31,661 nt of DNA from a virus. The DNA lies in the IMG/VR virus record IMGVR_UViG_3300016484_000355. One strand, given 5' to 3'. This document shows, piece after piece, positions 15,098-23,453 of this stretch. The number at the start of each line of letters is the position of its first letter. Position 1 is the first letter of the stretch. The notes beneath the pieces are model-generated. The model did no database searches. It was not told the origin of the DNA and saw nothing but the letters and a program-made list of their open reading frames with translations. The position numbers were made by a program, and so were the translations under genes.

Positions 15098-16065
15098 GAA
15101 TCTTTATCCAAAGCCCAAACATCAATAGCCGACATGGAGGCATCAGAGTCATCAATGAGTGGGCTAACAGGTTACAAGGCTTTGGGCATAAGGTTATTCT
15201 TTACAACCAAGCCGGTCCAGTTAGATGCGACTGGATGACTATAACTTGTAAGATTGTAAATACCACTAATTTACTGGCAAACTCTGATCTGTTAATAGTA
15301 ACAAGCCCACATGGGGCAAGTCTATTAAGTAAAGACAAACCTTATAAGAAAGTTGTCTTTTTGCAGATGTTGGAGCATCTCTTTAACATAACCAATAAGG
15401 CATTTTTTGATAGCTGCTTTACTTTATACTCTACCAAATATCCTCTTATCTCTATAAGTCAGTGGAATATCAGGATTCTACAAAATAACTATAAAAGAAC
15501 AGGACCGACATTTTATGTAGGTAATGGAGTTAATCTTAATGATTTCCCGATTAGTAACAAACCTAAAGATGGTAAAGTAGCCCTATTAGAATCTCCAGAG
15601 CCAACTAACATGGCTAAAGACACAGAAAAGATAGCGGTACAAGTAGCCAAGAATCTAAAAGAAAAGGGATGGATAATTAAGGGATTTGGATTACAAAAAG
15701 CAAAAGACAATATCTATACTGAGTATGTAGTCAAGCCAGACATTGACACAATGAATCGGCTCTACGAGGAGGCAACAATAATGATTAAGGCCACAAAGTT
15801 TGATGCGAGGTCAACTGCCCCTTTAGAAGCTGGCACAAAGGGCACTGTAACGATTAGAGGAATTATAAAGGGAGATGATGACCTTAACGAGACTAATAGC
15901 TTTAAGACTGGCTATTCCTATGACAAGATATTTGACTCGACAATGTTTGCTTTACACCATCCCGACCAATTACAAGAAAGAGCTAATAATATTCGCAATC
16001 ACGTACAAACCTACACTTGGGATTATTGGATGACTAAAATCAATGACATCTTATGCAACTTATAG
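15094..16065 (+). CDS. GT-B fold glycosyltransferase (GT4-like), 323 aa
   Basis: N-terminus MRIFIQSPNINSRHGGIRVINEWANRLQGFGHKVILY, and C-terminal ARSTAPLEAGTKGTVTI in the position of the EAM-x-G-x-PV motif. Confidence 0.6.
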   Translation: MRIFIQSPNINSRHGGIRVINEWANRLQGFGHKVILYNQAGPVRCDWMTITCKIVNTTNLLANSDLLIVTSPHGASLLSKDKPYKKVVFLQMLEHLFNITNKAFFDSCFTLYSTKYPLISISQWNIRILQNNYKRTGPTFYVGNGVNLNDFPISNKPKDGKVALLESPEPTNMAKDTEKIAVQVAKNLKEKGWIIKGFGLQKAKDNIYTEYVVKPDIDTMNRLYEEATIMIKATKFDARSTAPLEAGTKGTVTIRGIIKGDDDLNETNSFKTGYSYDKIFDSTMFALHHPDQLQERANNIRNHVQTYTWDYWMTKINDILCNL

Positions 16066-16493
16066 TTGGATGCGGTCCGAACTGGCCTAAAAGAGAGAAT
16101 GACATTTTCTTAGATTGTCGCAAGTTTGACAACGTAGATGTAGTGCATGACCTAAATAAGACACCTTGGCCATTCAAAGATGACCAGATGACTGAGATAG
16201 CAGCTATTCATGTGGTAGAGCATCTAAATAGCTTATTGGACTTTATGAATGAGAGCTGGAGAATACTTAAAAAGGGTGGAGCTTTATACATAGAAACTCC
16301 AGAAGCCGGGGCAAATGTTGACCTCCAGTTTGCCGATCCTACACACATAAGATGTTATCGGAAGCATACCTTTATAAATTACTTTACCTTATCTGAGGCC
16401 CCTAAGTTTGGCTACACAGACAAATACTGGGCTATAATGCACTTAGAAACTAAAGATGGCAATATAATCGCACACCTAACACCATTAAAATGA
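16053..16493 (+). CDS. Class I SAM-dependent methyltransferase, 146 aa
   Basis: Motif I VGCGPN, plus IHVVEHL...ESWRILKKGGALYIETP (Methyltransf_11-like). Confidence 0.7.
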   Translation: MQLIVGCGPNWPKRENDIFLDCRKFDNVDVVHDLNKTPWPFKDDQMTEIAAIHVVEHLNSLLDFMNESWRILKKGGALYIETPEAGANVDLQFADPTHIRCYRKHTFINYFTLSEAPKFGYTDKYWAIMHLETKDGNIIAHLTPLK

Positions 16494-17098
16494 GAATACT
16501 AATAGTAGTTTTAGAGTATTTAGAGCCCGATTGGTTGCAGACCTTAAAGTGTGTGCAAGACACTGGCCTACCTTATGAGCTTGTAAGTAGAGATGGAGTA
16601 GGTAATATGTCAAGGGCTTACAATTCTATCATCAATAAAGAAGCCGATTATTATTGGTTTGTCTCAAATGTTACCTTTAGCCCTCAGATGCCTTATATGC
16701 TGGCAATGGCTTGCGAGGAGAAGGGCTGGGCTGCCATACATCCGGCAATGAGGTCATCAGATCATAAATTTCAATGGCCTAATGGTAACGAACCTAAAGA
16801 GACACCCTTTATAGAATGGACTGCCCCTATGGTCAATGCAGAAATATTTAGGGATAACCTCTTAGATGAGATGCTACCTTACTACTACATGGACTTGGAT
16901 TGGTGTCATAGGGTAAAGCCCAAAAACGTCGGAGTCCATCATGGTCAGGTAGTAGAGCATACATATTTAAGAAATAAGCAAGAGCATCCCATCGGACAAC
17001 TAAGAAAGCAATTAAGGAACTACTGGACCCCAATAAGCCAAAGACACATGGTTCAGAAATGGGGTAAAGATTGGCAACATAAACTTTGGCCTAAATAA
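16490..17098 (+). CDS. GT-A-like glycosyltransferase, 202 aa (tentative)
   Basis: MRILIVVLEY...RDGVGNMSRAYNSII...YYWFVSNVTF...AAIHPA resembles GT2-type enzymes. ATGA coupling to the upstream gene. Confidence 0.4.
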   Translation: MRILIVVLEYLEPDWLQTLKCVQDTGLPYELVSRDGVGNMSRAYNSIINKEADYYWFVSNVTFSPQMPYMLAMACEEKGWAAIHPAMRSSDHKFQWPNGNEPKETPFIEWTAPMVNAEIFRDNLLDEMLPYYYMDLDWCHRVKPKNVGVHHGQVVEHTYLRNKQEHPIGQLRKQLRNYWTPISQRHMVQKWGKDWQHKLWPK

Positions 17099-17103
17099 AA
17101 ACT

Positions 17104-17724
17104 ATGACAACTTTAGAACTACATGGAATTTACCACGAATTAAACTTTTGGCAAGGCTTTGTAAAGACCGACCGATTCTTAAAGGGTTGGGTAGGTAAGG
17201 GCAAGACCCCAGAATTAAACCAAGAGGTAGCAGACTTTATCAAAAGTGTTCCACATGAAACAGTCTTAGATGTCGGGTCCGGTGTCTGCTCAATCCTTAA
17301 TGGGTTGGTCAATGTAACTCCTTGCGACCCTTTAGGAGACCTCTACAAGCTGGTCTTTAACTTTGAGAGACACAAACTAAAAGCCCCACTACCCATCCCA
17401 GCCGAGGAGTTAAACTTTAAGAATGAGTTTGACATAGTACACATCTCAAATGCCTTAGACCACACCCAAGAACCCAGAAAGGCTTTAGATTACCTTTTAC
17501 AAGCGGTCAAGCCAGGAGGGTATCTAATAGTGCAAGGCTTTTTCAATGAGGCCACACATGAGAACTGGCAAGGCTTCCATCAGTGGGATATATCTTTAGA
17601 TGACTATGGCTGCATGGTTATTTTAGGCAAAAACTCCCAAACTATTATAGCTTGGCCTGCTCATAAATTCTCTACGGTCAACCTACTGGGCAGAGATTGG
17701 TATTATTGGATCATAAAAAAGTAA
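17104..17724 (+). CDS. Class I SAM-dependent methyltransferase, 206 aa
   Basis: Motif I VLDVGSGVCS, plus DIVHISNALDHTQEP...LLQAVKPGGYLIV. Confidence 0.7.
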   Translation: MTTLELHGIYHELNFWQGFVKTDRFLKGWVGKGKTPELNQEVADFIKSVPHETVLDVGSGVCSILNGLVNVTPCDPLGDLYKLVFNFERHKLKAPLPIPAEELNFKNEFDIVHISNALDHTQEPRKALDYLLQAVKPGGYLIVQGFFNEATHENWQGFHQWDISLDDYGCMVILGKNSQTIIAWPAHKFSTVNLLGRDWYYWIIKK

Positions 17725-17726
17725 GT

Positions 17727-18164
17727 ATGGTAATTTGCTGCGATATAGATGGATGCTTAACAGATGGCAAGATTTGGGTTGACCACAAAGGAAACATCAT
17801 TAAGTCATTCAATAACAAGGACATTGGAGCCATAAAAGAGCTAATCTCTATGGGCTATCAGGTCCATTTAGTAACTGCCTCCTCTTGGCCGGGTGCAGAA
17901 CAATATCTTAAAAGGTCTGGGGCTGAATTACACATAATACGAAATAAAGAGACCATTCATTTTGACTATCAAATAGCAATAGGAGACTCAGCATGGGATA
18001 TACCTATGCTTTGTAAGGCAAAACACTTATTCTGCCCATCAGATGCCTCGTTAGAGGTTAAGTGTCTGGATGGGGTGCATCCACTACAAACTCCCGGTGG
18101 GCAAGGCATAATGCTGGAACTAATACGCATTTTGTCAAATTGGGAACTGTCAAGTAATCCTTGA
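17727..18164 (+). CDS. HAD-superfamily phosphatase, KdsC-like (8- or 9-carbon sugar-acid phosphate phosphatase family), 145 aa
   Basis: CCDIDGCLTDGKIWVDHKGNIIKSFNNKDIGAIKEL...IAIGDSAWDIPML...FCPSDA matches the KdsC pattern. The ATG at 17727 is preferred over the TTG at 17697. Confidence 0.7.
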   Translation: MVICCDIDGCLTDGKIWVDHKGNIIKSFNNKDIGAIKELISMGYQVHLVTASSWPGAEQYLKRSGAELHIIRNKETIHFDYQIAIGDSAWDIPMLCKAKHLFCPSDASLEVKCLDGVHPLQTPGGQGIMLELIRILSNWELSSNP

Positions 18165-18194
18165 CAACTGAAGATGTGTATAAGTTTTAACCCT

Positions 18195-18202
18195 TATATT
18201 TG
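18195..18202 (+). promoter_or_regulatory. Late-operon promoter -7 box TATATTTG
   Basis: Matches TAnnTTTG in the 133-nt gap after the KdsC-like gene. It is followed by the perfect palindrome CTAAATATTTAG (18211-18222). Confidence 0.45.
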
Positions 18203-18259
18203 TCTAAGTGCTAAATATTTAGTATATTAGGGGGTGAATAAAGGGTAAAAAAATCAACG

Positions 18260-18292
18260 AGCCTTCAGTCCTTCGGGATTGAGGGCTTTTTT
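18260..18292 (+). terminator. Intrinsic terminator with a UUCG tetraloop
   Basis: The stem pairs GCCUUCAGUCC with GGAUUGAGGGC (11 bp, including 2 G-U pairs), followed by T6. A7 on the upstream side makes it potentially bidirectional. Confidence 0.7.
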
Positions 18293-18297
18293 ACATT

Positions 18298-18438
18298 ATG
18301 CCTTACAAATCAAGAGCCCAAGCAGCCTTCTTTAACATTAACAATAAAAAGCTCGAAAAGCAAGGAGTCAACGTAGAGGAGTGGAATAAGGCCTCTAAAG
18401 GCAAAAAACTACCTAAAAGACCCAAGAAGAAGAAGTAA
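18298..18438 (+). CDS. Unlisted 46-aa basic protein (MPYKSRAQAAFF...KKLPKRPKKKK), DUF3008-like
   Basis: ATG at 18298. The stop overlaps the TerS start (TAATG). The N-terminal MP-x-KS-x-AQ motif is seen in small phage proteins. Confidence 0.5.
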   Translation: MPYKSRAQAAFFNINNKKLEKQGVNVEEWNKASKGKKLPKRPKKKK

Positions 18439-18785
18439 TGTCATCACTCACCACTATAGACTGGGATGTTGTAGGCGAATACCTCATGGCAGGATGCTCT
18501 GGGGTAGAAGTAGCCGCACAGCTCGGCATCCACGAAAACACTCTGTATCAACGATGTAAGTCTGATCTCGGAGTCGATTTTGTGGCATTTAAGCAAGAAA
18601 AGCAAGCATCAGGAGAAAGCCTCCTAAGAAAGGTCCAATTCGATGCAGCTATTAAAGATAAAGACAGAGCAATGCTAATCTGGTTAGGTAAGCAAAGACT
18701 CGGTCAGAAAGAAAAAGGCGAGCAAGATATTAAGGTTGATGGCGGCATTAACATAGTATTCAAGCCAGCCAATGAGACAAGTTGA
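18438..18785 (+). CDS. Terminase small subunit, 115 aa
   Basis: HTH segment VEVAAQLGIHENTLYQRCK, directly upstream of and overlapping the large terminase gene. Confidence 0.7.
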   Translation: MSSLTTIDWDVVGEYLMAGCSGVEVAAQLGIHENTLYQRCKSDLGVDFVAFKQEKQASGESLLRKVQFDAAIKDKDRAMLIWLGKQRLGQKEKGEQDIKVDGGINIVFKPANETS

Positions 18786-19935
18786 GATTCGATACACAAG
18801 TGTCTTTGAAAGGAACTTGCAAGCCTATCAGGCCAAACAGTATAGAGTAATTGCCAACCAAGGCTCTACCCGATCTGGCAAGACCTACTCAATAAGTCAA
18901 CTACTCGCTCTTTACATACCGCACAAGGAAAAGGTTACTATCTCAGTGGTAAGCCCATCTCTACCCCATCTTAAACGAGGGGCCAGGAGAGACATCCTAA
19001 AGATATTAGAGGATGCCGGGCTATACTCTGATGACAACTTTAACAAGACCGATAATGTCTATCACTATCCTAATGGCTCATATATAGAGTTCTTTGGGGC
19101 TGAAGATTCTGGTAAGGTTAGAGGACCGGGAAGAGATATACTGTATATCAATGAGGCTAATTTATTGCCACATTCGATTTATCAGCAGTTAGCCCTTAGA
19201 ACTAAGCAAACCATCTTTCTGGACTTTAACCCAGTAGATGAGATGAGCTGGGTCTATGATATCTCGGATAGAGAAAGCAATATCCTAATCCACTCGACCT
19301 ATAAAGACAATCCATTCTTGCCAAGTGAGCAGATAGCAGAGATTGAAAGTCTGAAAGATGCAGACGAGAATCTATGGAAGGTCTTTGGGTTGGGAGAGAG
19401 GGGTAAGTCATCAGAGATTATCTACACCCATTGGAGGCAAGGTCAGTTCCCAGAAAATTGCGAGACCGTTTATGGTCTGGACTTTGGGTACTCAGTGCCA
19501 ACAGCCTTAGTCAAAGTAGGGTTTCACGAAAGCCAGACATTTGTCAAGGAATTGCTCTACGAGACCAAGCTAACTACCACCGATTTGATAGAAAGGCTGA
19601 AGCTCTTAAACATCAGGAGGTCAGATGAGATTTACTGTGATGCTGCTGAGCCTAAGACTATCGAGGAGCTGGTAAGGGTTGGGTACAATGCCAAGCCTGC
19701 TGAGAAGGATGTCTATGCTGGCATCCAGAAGGTCAAAAGCCAGCCATTGATAGTATCACCTGAGTCTATAAACCTGATTAAAGAGATAAGGTCCTACAAG
19801 TGGAAGGTTGACAAAGATGGCAAAGTTCATCCAGATGAGCAGCCAGTCAAGATGTGGGATCACCTTTGCGATGCAATGCGGTATGCTATATATACAAAAC
19901 TAAACAAGCCTAAGTTTGAGGTGATGGCTTGGTAA
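18772..19935 (+). CDS. Terminase large subunit, PBSX/Terminase_3 type, 387 aa
   Basis: Walker A QGSTRSGKTYS, Walker B-like DILYINEAN, and a C-terminal nuclease region with GLDFGY and DHLCDAMRY. Confidence 0.85.
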   Translation: MRQVEIRYTSVFERNLQAYQAKQYRVIANQGSTRSGKTYSISQLLALYIPHKEKVTISVVSPSLPHLKRGARRDILKILEDAGLYSDDNFNKTDNVYHYPNGSYIEFFGAEDSGKVRGPGRDILYINEANLLPHSIYQQLALRTKQTIFLDFNPVDEMSWVYDISDRESNILIHSTYKDNPFLPSEQIAEIESLKDADENLWKVFGLGERGKSSEIIYTHWRQGQFPENCETVYGLDFGYSVPTALVKVGFHESQTFVKELLYETKLTTTDLIERLKLLNIRRSDEIYCDAAEPKTIEELVRVGYNAKPAEKDVYAGIQKVKSQPLIVSPESINLIKEIRSYKWKVDKDGKVHPDEQPVKMWDHLCDAMRYAIYTKLNKPKFEVMAW

Positions 19936-19944
19936 AGAAATACA

Positions 19945-21690
19945 ATGGGCAGAATACAAGATGCGTGGAATGCGTTAACAAAGAAGGCAGTGCCGATGAT
20001 GCCGGTAGGTCAGCCCTTTGCTTCCTATCAGGTAACTGGAGGCACTTTTGTCGGTATTACTGACAACCGTACTAACTACATCCGGGATGGCTACCAAGTT
20101 AATGACATTCTTTATTCTACAATAACTCTAATAACTGATAAGGTAAAGTTGCCTGAATGGTCAACTTACAAGGTGGTCGATGAGGCTGCCTTTAAATCTT
20201 ATCAGGGATTGATGAGAAAAAAAGACATCTCTACTGAGGACTTCCAAAAGGCAATGGGCTATAAGAAAAAAGCCTTAGAGCCTATCTATGTTGACAGACT
20301 TACAGAGCTTTTAAGATACCCTAATGACTATGAGACCTTTCAGGATTTAGTAGCCAACTCAACCGGGTGGAAGCTAATCACTGGAGGTCGCTGTGTTTGG
20401 GCTCAGATGCTCGACATGGGAGCCAATCAGGGTAAACCATACCAACTGCACAACTTACCTTACCAAGAGGTATCTATCATAGCTTCGACCAATCTGTTCC
20501 CTATCGTTGAGGAAGGGTACATGATTCCGGTCCTTTCTAATGCCTTATTCCCTAAGAGTCAGGTCTTACATGATAAATACCAGAACTATGACTGGGATGT
20601 TAATGGAGCCCATCTGTACGGAATGAGCCCACTTAAAGCTGCCCTGAGAAGGTTAAGCAGAAGCAACTCGGCCATCAAAGCCAGTGCCGCTATGTTAGAG
20701 AACCAAGGGGTAAAAGGTGTGCTATATGTCGATGACCCAAGAGTTATCGGTGGAGGGGTAGATGTAGCTGATACAAGAAAACAAGTAGAAGCTATTAAGA
20801 GTAAACTCGTAGGCAAAGGAGAATGGGTAGGATCAGAGAACTGGGGCCGCATTGGTGTCTCTGGTTATAAGATGGGATGGCAGTCTGTTGGGCTTAACCC
20901 AGTAGAGCTATCCATTATAGACTCTGAGAAATGGGATTTGAAGCGGTTTGCATCCGTTTATGGAGTGCCTTCTCAGTTGGTAGGAGATAGCGAGAGTTCG
21001 ACATATAACAATGTTAGAGAGGCTGAGAAGGCCCTTACGACTCGCTGTGCCATGCCAGCTCTGGTTTCATTTAGGAACCACTTTAATCGTAAACTACAAA
21101 CAGACTGGGGATATAAAGGTCAGAATGTCTATATCGACTTTGACCATACGGTATTTACTGAACTCCAAGAGGATGTAGTCGAGAAGTCAAGCTGGATTAA
21201 GGACCTCAAAGCCCTTAGCCCGAACGAGCAAAGAATGCACTTAGGCCTTGAAAGAATAGACAATCCTCTGTTTGATGAGCCTTGGATAACTACACAAGAT
21301 GGAATGCCATTAAGTGAGTACGAGACTCCAAACATGGACATCCCAGATAGTACCGATTTACCAAAGTCTTTTAAGTCAGAAGGCGAGAAAGTATCATTTG
21401 ACTATGATGGTGTCTTATCTACTGCTAAGGGTAAAGAGGAGGCTATGAGTGAGATTGAGGATGGATCAACAGTTTATATCATCTCTGCTCGGTCCGACAA
21501 GGAAGGAATGTTAAAGACTGCTAAAGACTTAGGCATCCCAGCTTCAAGAGTGTATGCCACTGGCTCTAACAAGGCAAAGGTGCAAAAGATAAAGGATTTA
21601 GGAATATACAAGCACTATGACAATAATCAAGATGTCATTGATGCTTTGCAAGATACAGAAACAGAAGGAGAGCTGTTTAATGACGATTGA
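19945..21690 (+). CDS. Portal protein, 581 aa, with a C-terminal HAD-like phosphatase domain (residues about 483-581)
   Basis: Position after TerL and size fit a portal. Portal-like region GVPSQLVGDSESSTYNNVREAEKAL. The C-terminus has HAD motifs FDYDGVL, IISARS, K-rich, and YDNNQD. Confidence 0.8.
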   Translation: MGRIQDAWNALTKKAVPMMPVGQPFASYQVTGGTFVGITDNRTNYIRDGYQVNDILYSTITLITDKVKLPEWSTYKVVDEAAFKSYQGLMRKKDISTEDFQKAMGYKKKALEPIYVDRLTELLRYPNDYETFQDLVANSTGWKLITGGRCVWAQMLDMGANQGKPYQLHNLPYQEVSIIASTNLFPIVEEGYMIPVLSNALFPKSQVLHDKYQNYDWDVNGAHLYGMSPLKAALRRLSRSNSAIKASAAMLENQGVKGVLYVDDPRVIGGGVDVADTRKQVEAIKSKLVGKGEWVGSENWGRIGVSGYKMGWQSVGLNPVELSIIDSEKWDLKRFASVYGVPSQLVGDSESSTYNNVREAEKALTTRCAMPALVSFRNHFNRKLQTDWGYKGQNVYIDFDHTVFTELQEDVVEKSSWIKDLKALSPNEQRMHLGLERIDNPLFDEPWITTQDGMPLSEYETPNMDIPDSTDLPKSFKSEGEKVSFDYDGVLSTAKGKEEAMSEIEDGSTVYIISARSDKEGMLKTAKDLGIPASRVYATGSNKAKVQKIKDLGIYKHYDNNQDVIDALQDTETEGELFNDD

Positions 21691-21877
21691 TGAGATAGTA
21701 CGCACAACCTATCCGGTAACAAAGAGGGAGAGGTGTTGTGCATTATTGAAAGCGAAAATGGATGCCAAGAGATTGGCTCTAAAAAATAGGTTGATGGATG
21801 ACCGACAAAGAGAGAAAAGAGTATGCGGAGAACTTCTCGAGGACCAATCGGAAGTTTGCCAAAACGCACTTTCCTAA
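21680..21877 (+). CDS. Doubtful 65-aa Cys-containing ORF
   Basis: Its ATG overlaps the portal stop by 11 nt, but the ORF overlaps the MuF-like start by 80 nt. Confidence 0.25.
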   Translation: MTIDEIVRTTYPVTKRERCCALLKAKMDAKRLALKNRLMDDRQREKRVCGELLEDQSEVCQNALS

Positions 21878-22616
21878 GGTCAAAAGACAACTAGATAAGG
21901 TTGTCAGCTCTTTGATAGGTACAATAAAAAAAGTTGGAGCCAGACAAGCTCAGACAAGACTAAGGACACAGCTTTGGAATGATGAACTCTATAAACCAAT
22001 AGAGGCCATCTACAAGCAAGTAGGTCTCTACCATGCCAACCAAATGTATAAGCTAATCCGAAGGGAGGCTAACCAGAAAGGGATAGGCAGAGATGAGAGA
22101 TGGATAGCCTTTATTGTTGATGAGCTAGAAAGGACCTTGCTCCAGTTTGCGGTAGTCAAAACCTCAGAGACACTTAGAAACCATTTACTACTCGTTTTAC
22201 AGAATGCTATCATAAAAGAGCAAACCGTAGATGAGATAGTAAAGATTCTACAAGACTCAGGGTTTACAGCCATGCAAGCCGAAAGGATTGTGAGAACGGA
22301 GGTAGGTCGGGCAGCCAACACTGGGATAAAGGCAGCAGCCGAGTCTTTTGACTACGCAATGGTCAAAGAATGGATTGCCTTTAGAGATTCAAGGACCAGA
22401 GGTTTTAAGCCAGAGCAACCTAAAGACCACTTTAACATGGATGGTCAGGTGGTTGACTTTTACGACAATTTTGTCGATCCTAGGAGTGGAGAGAATATAG
22501 AATATCCTTTAGCTCCCAGTGGCTCGGCAGCGATGGTCATAAATTGCAGATGCTCTTATATTGTTGTACCTAAAAGAGATAGTAGAGGAAGACTAATAAA
22601 CAGGGGAGGTGCTTGA
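21798..22616 (+). CDS. Minor head protein, SPP1 gp7 / Mu F-like, 272 aa
   Basis: RIVRTEVGRAANTG...DSRTR...HFNMDGQVV...INCRCSY pattern, located after the portal. Confidence 0.8.
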   Translation: MTDKERKEYAENFSRTNRKFAKTHFPKVKRQLDKVVSSLIGTIKKVGARQAQTRLRTQLWNDELYKPIEAIYKQVGLYHANQMYKLIRREANQKGIGRDERWIAFIVDELERTLLQFAVVKTSETLRNHLLLVLQNAIIKEQTVDEIVKILQDSGFTAMQAERIVRTEVGRAANTGIKAAAESFDYAMVKEWIAFRDSRTRGFKPEQPKDHFNMDGQVVDFYDNFVDPRSGENIEYPLAPSGSAAMVINCRCSYIVVPKRDSRGRLINRGGA

Positions 22617-22683
22617 TCGACTACGGTCAATACTGCGGAATAATGAAACAATAACCAGGGTCAACCCTCCCAAAATATTGAAT

Positions 22684-23451
22684 ATGAAAAGATACTTTGA
22701 ACAAAAGACAGTAAGCAACTCGGTGCAGGATGTTAGCACTACCACTAGAAAGGTAAAGGTAGCTATCAGCCAGATGGGCAGTAAGGACTTTGATAACGAT
22801 GTCATTGACCACAATGCCTACACTAAGACACTAACAGAAAGAGGTCCTAAAGGTGCTAACCTTATTTGGCACTTAACAGACCACAATCCGAGTCTTAAAT
22901 CAGCCATTGGCAAGTTCTCTGAGCTGTATGTAGAAAAGGACTATCTGGTAGGAATTACCGATGTGCCTAACACTACATGGGGCAACGATGTCCTAGAGTT
23001 CTACAAGTCTGGTCATATTAACCAACACTCAGTAGGCTTTAGAACTATCAAGCAAGAAAACCAGAAAAGTGTAGAGGGTGAGTATAACCTCATCAAAGAG
23101 ATTCTGCTTTTTGAAGGTTCGGCTGTACTCTGGGGTGCTAATATCAACACACCTACAATCGAAGTAGGTAAGTCAACCGAGGAGGTTATCAGTCAGCATG
23201 AGAAACTGTCTAAAGAGCTTAGTATGCTCTTAAAGTCATTGAAAGATGGCCGCTTCTCTGATGAGGCTTTTGAGTTTATCGAAATCAGAGTAGCACAAAT
23301 AAACGAGGCAATTAAATCCCTTATATCTATTGAATCCACTCCTAAAGTAGAGCAACCCGCAGAAGCAGTTGTAGAAACCAAGGAGCCGGAGATTGACCTA
23401 AGTGGATTAAAGCATAATTTGAATAATCTATTAACAAAATTAAATTCCTAA
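22684..23451 (+). CDS. Prohead protease (HK97 family) with a C-terminal coiled-coil, scaffold-like region
   Basis: KVKVAISQMGSKDFDNDVI...WHLTDHN...HSVGF...LFEGSAVLWGAN pattern, upstream of the capsid gene. The ATG at 22684 is preferred over the TTG at 22609. Confidence 0.7.
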   Translation: MKRYFEQKTVSNSVQDVSTTTRKVKVAISQMGSKDFDNDVIDHNAYTKTLTERGPKGANLIWHLTDHNPSLKSAIGKFSELYVEKDYLVGITDVPNTTWGNDVLEFYKSGHINQHSVGFRTIKQENQKSVEGEYNLIKEILLFEGSAVLWGANINTPTIEVGKSTEEVISQHEKLSKELSMLLKSLKDGRFSDEAFEFIEIRVAQINEAIKSLISIESTPKVEQPAEAVVETKEPEIDLSGLKHNLNNLLTKLNS

Positions 23452-23453
23452 CA

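Noticed and set aside
19226-19628. ORFs of 61 aa (-) and 65 aa (+, alternative frame) inside the large terminase gene
   Set aside because: They are embedded in a CDS with Walker motifs and have no start context.
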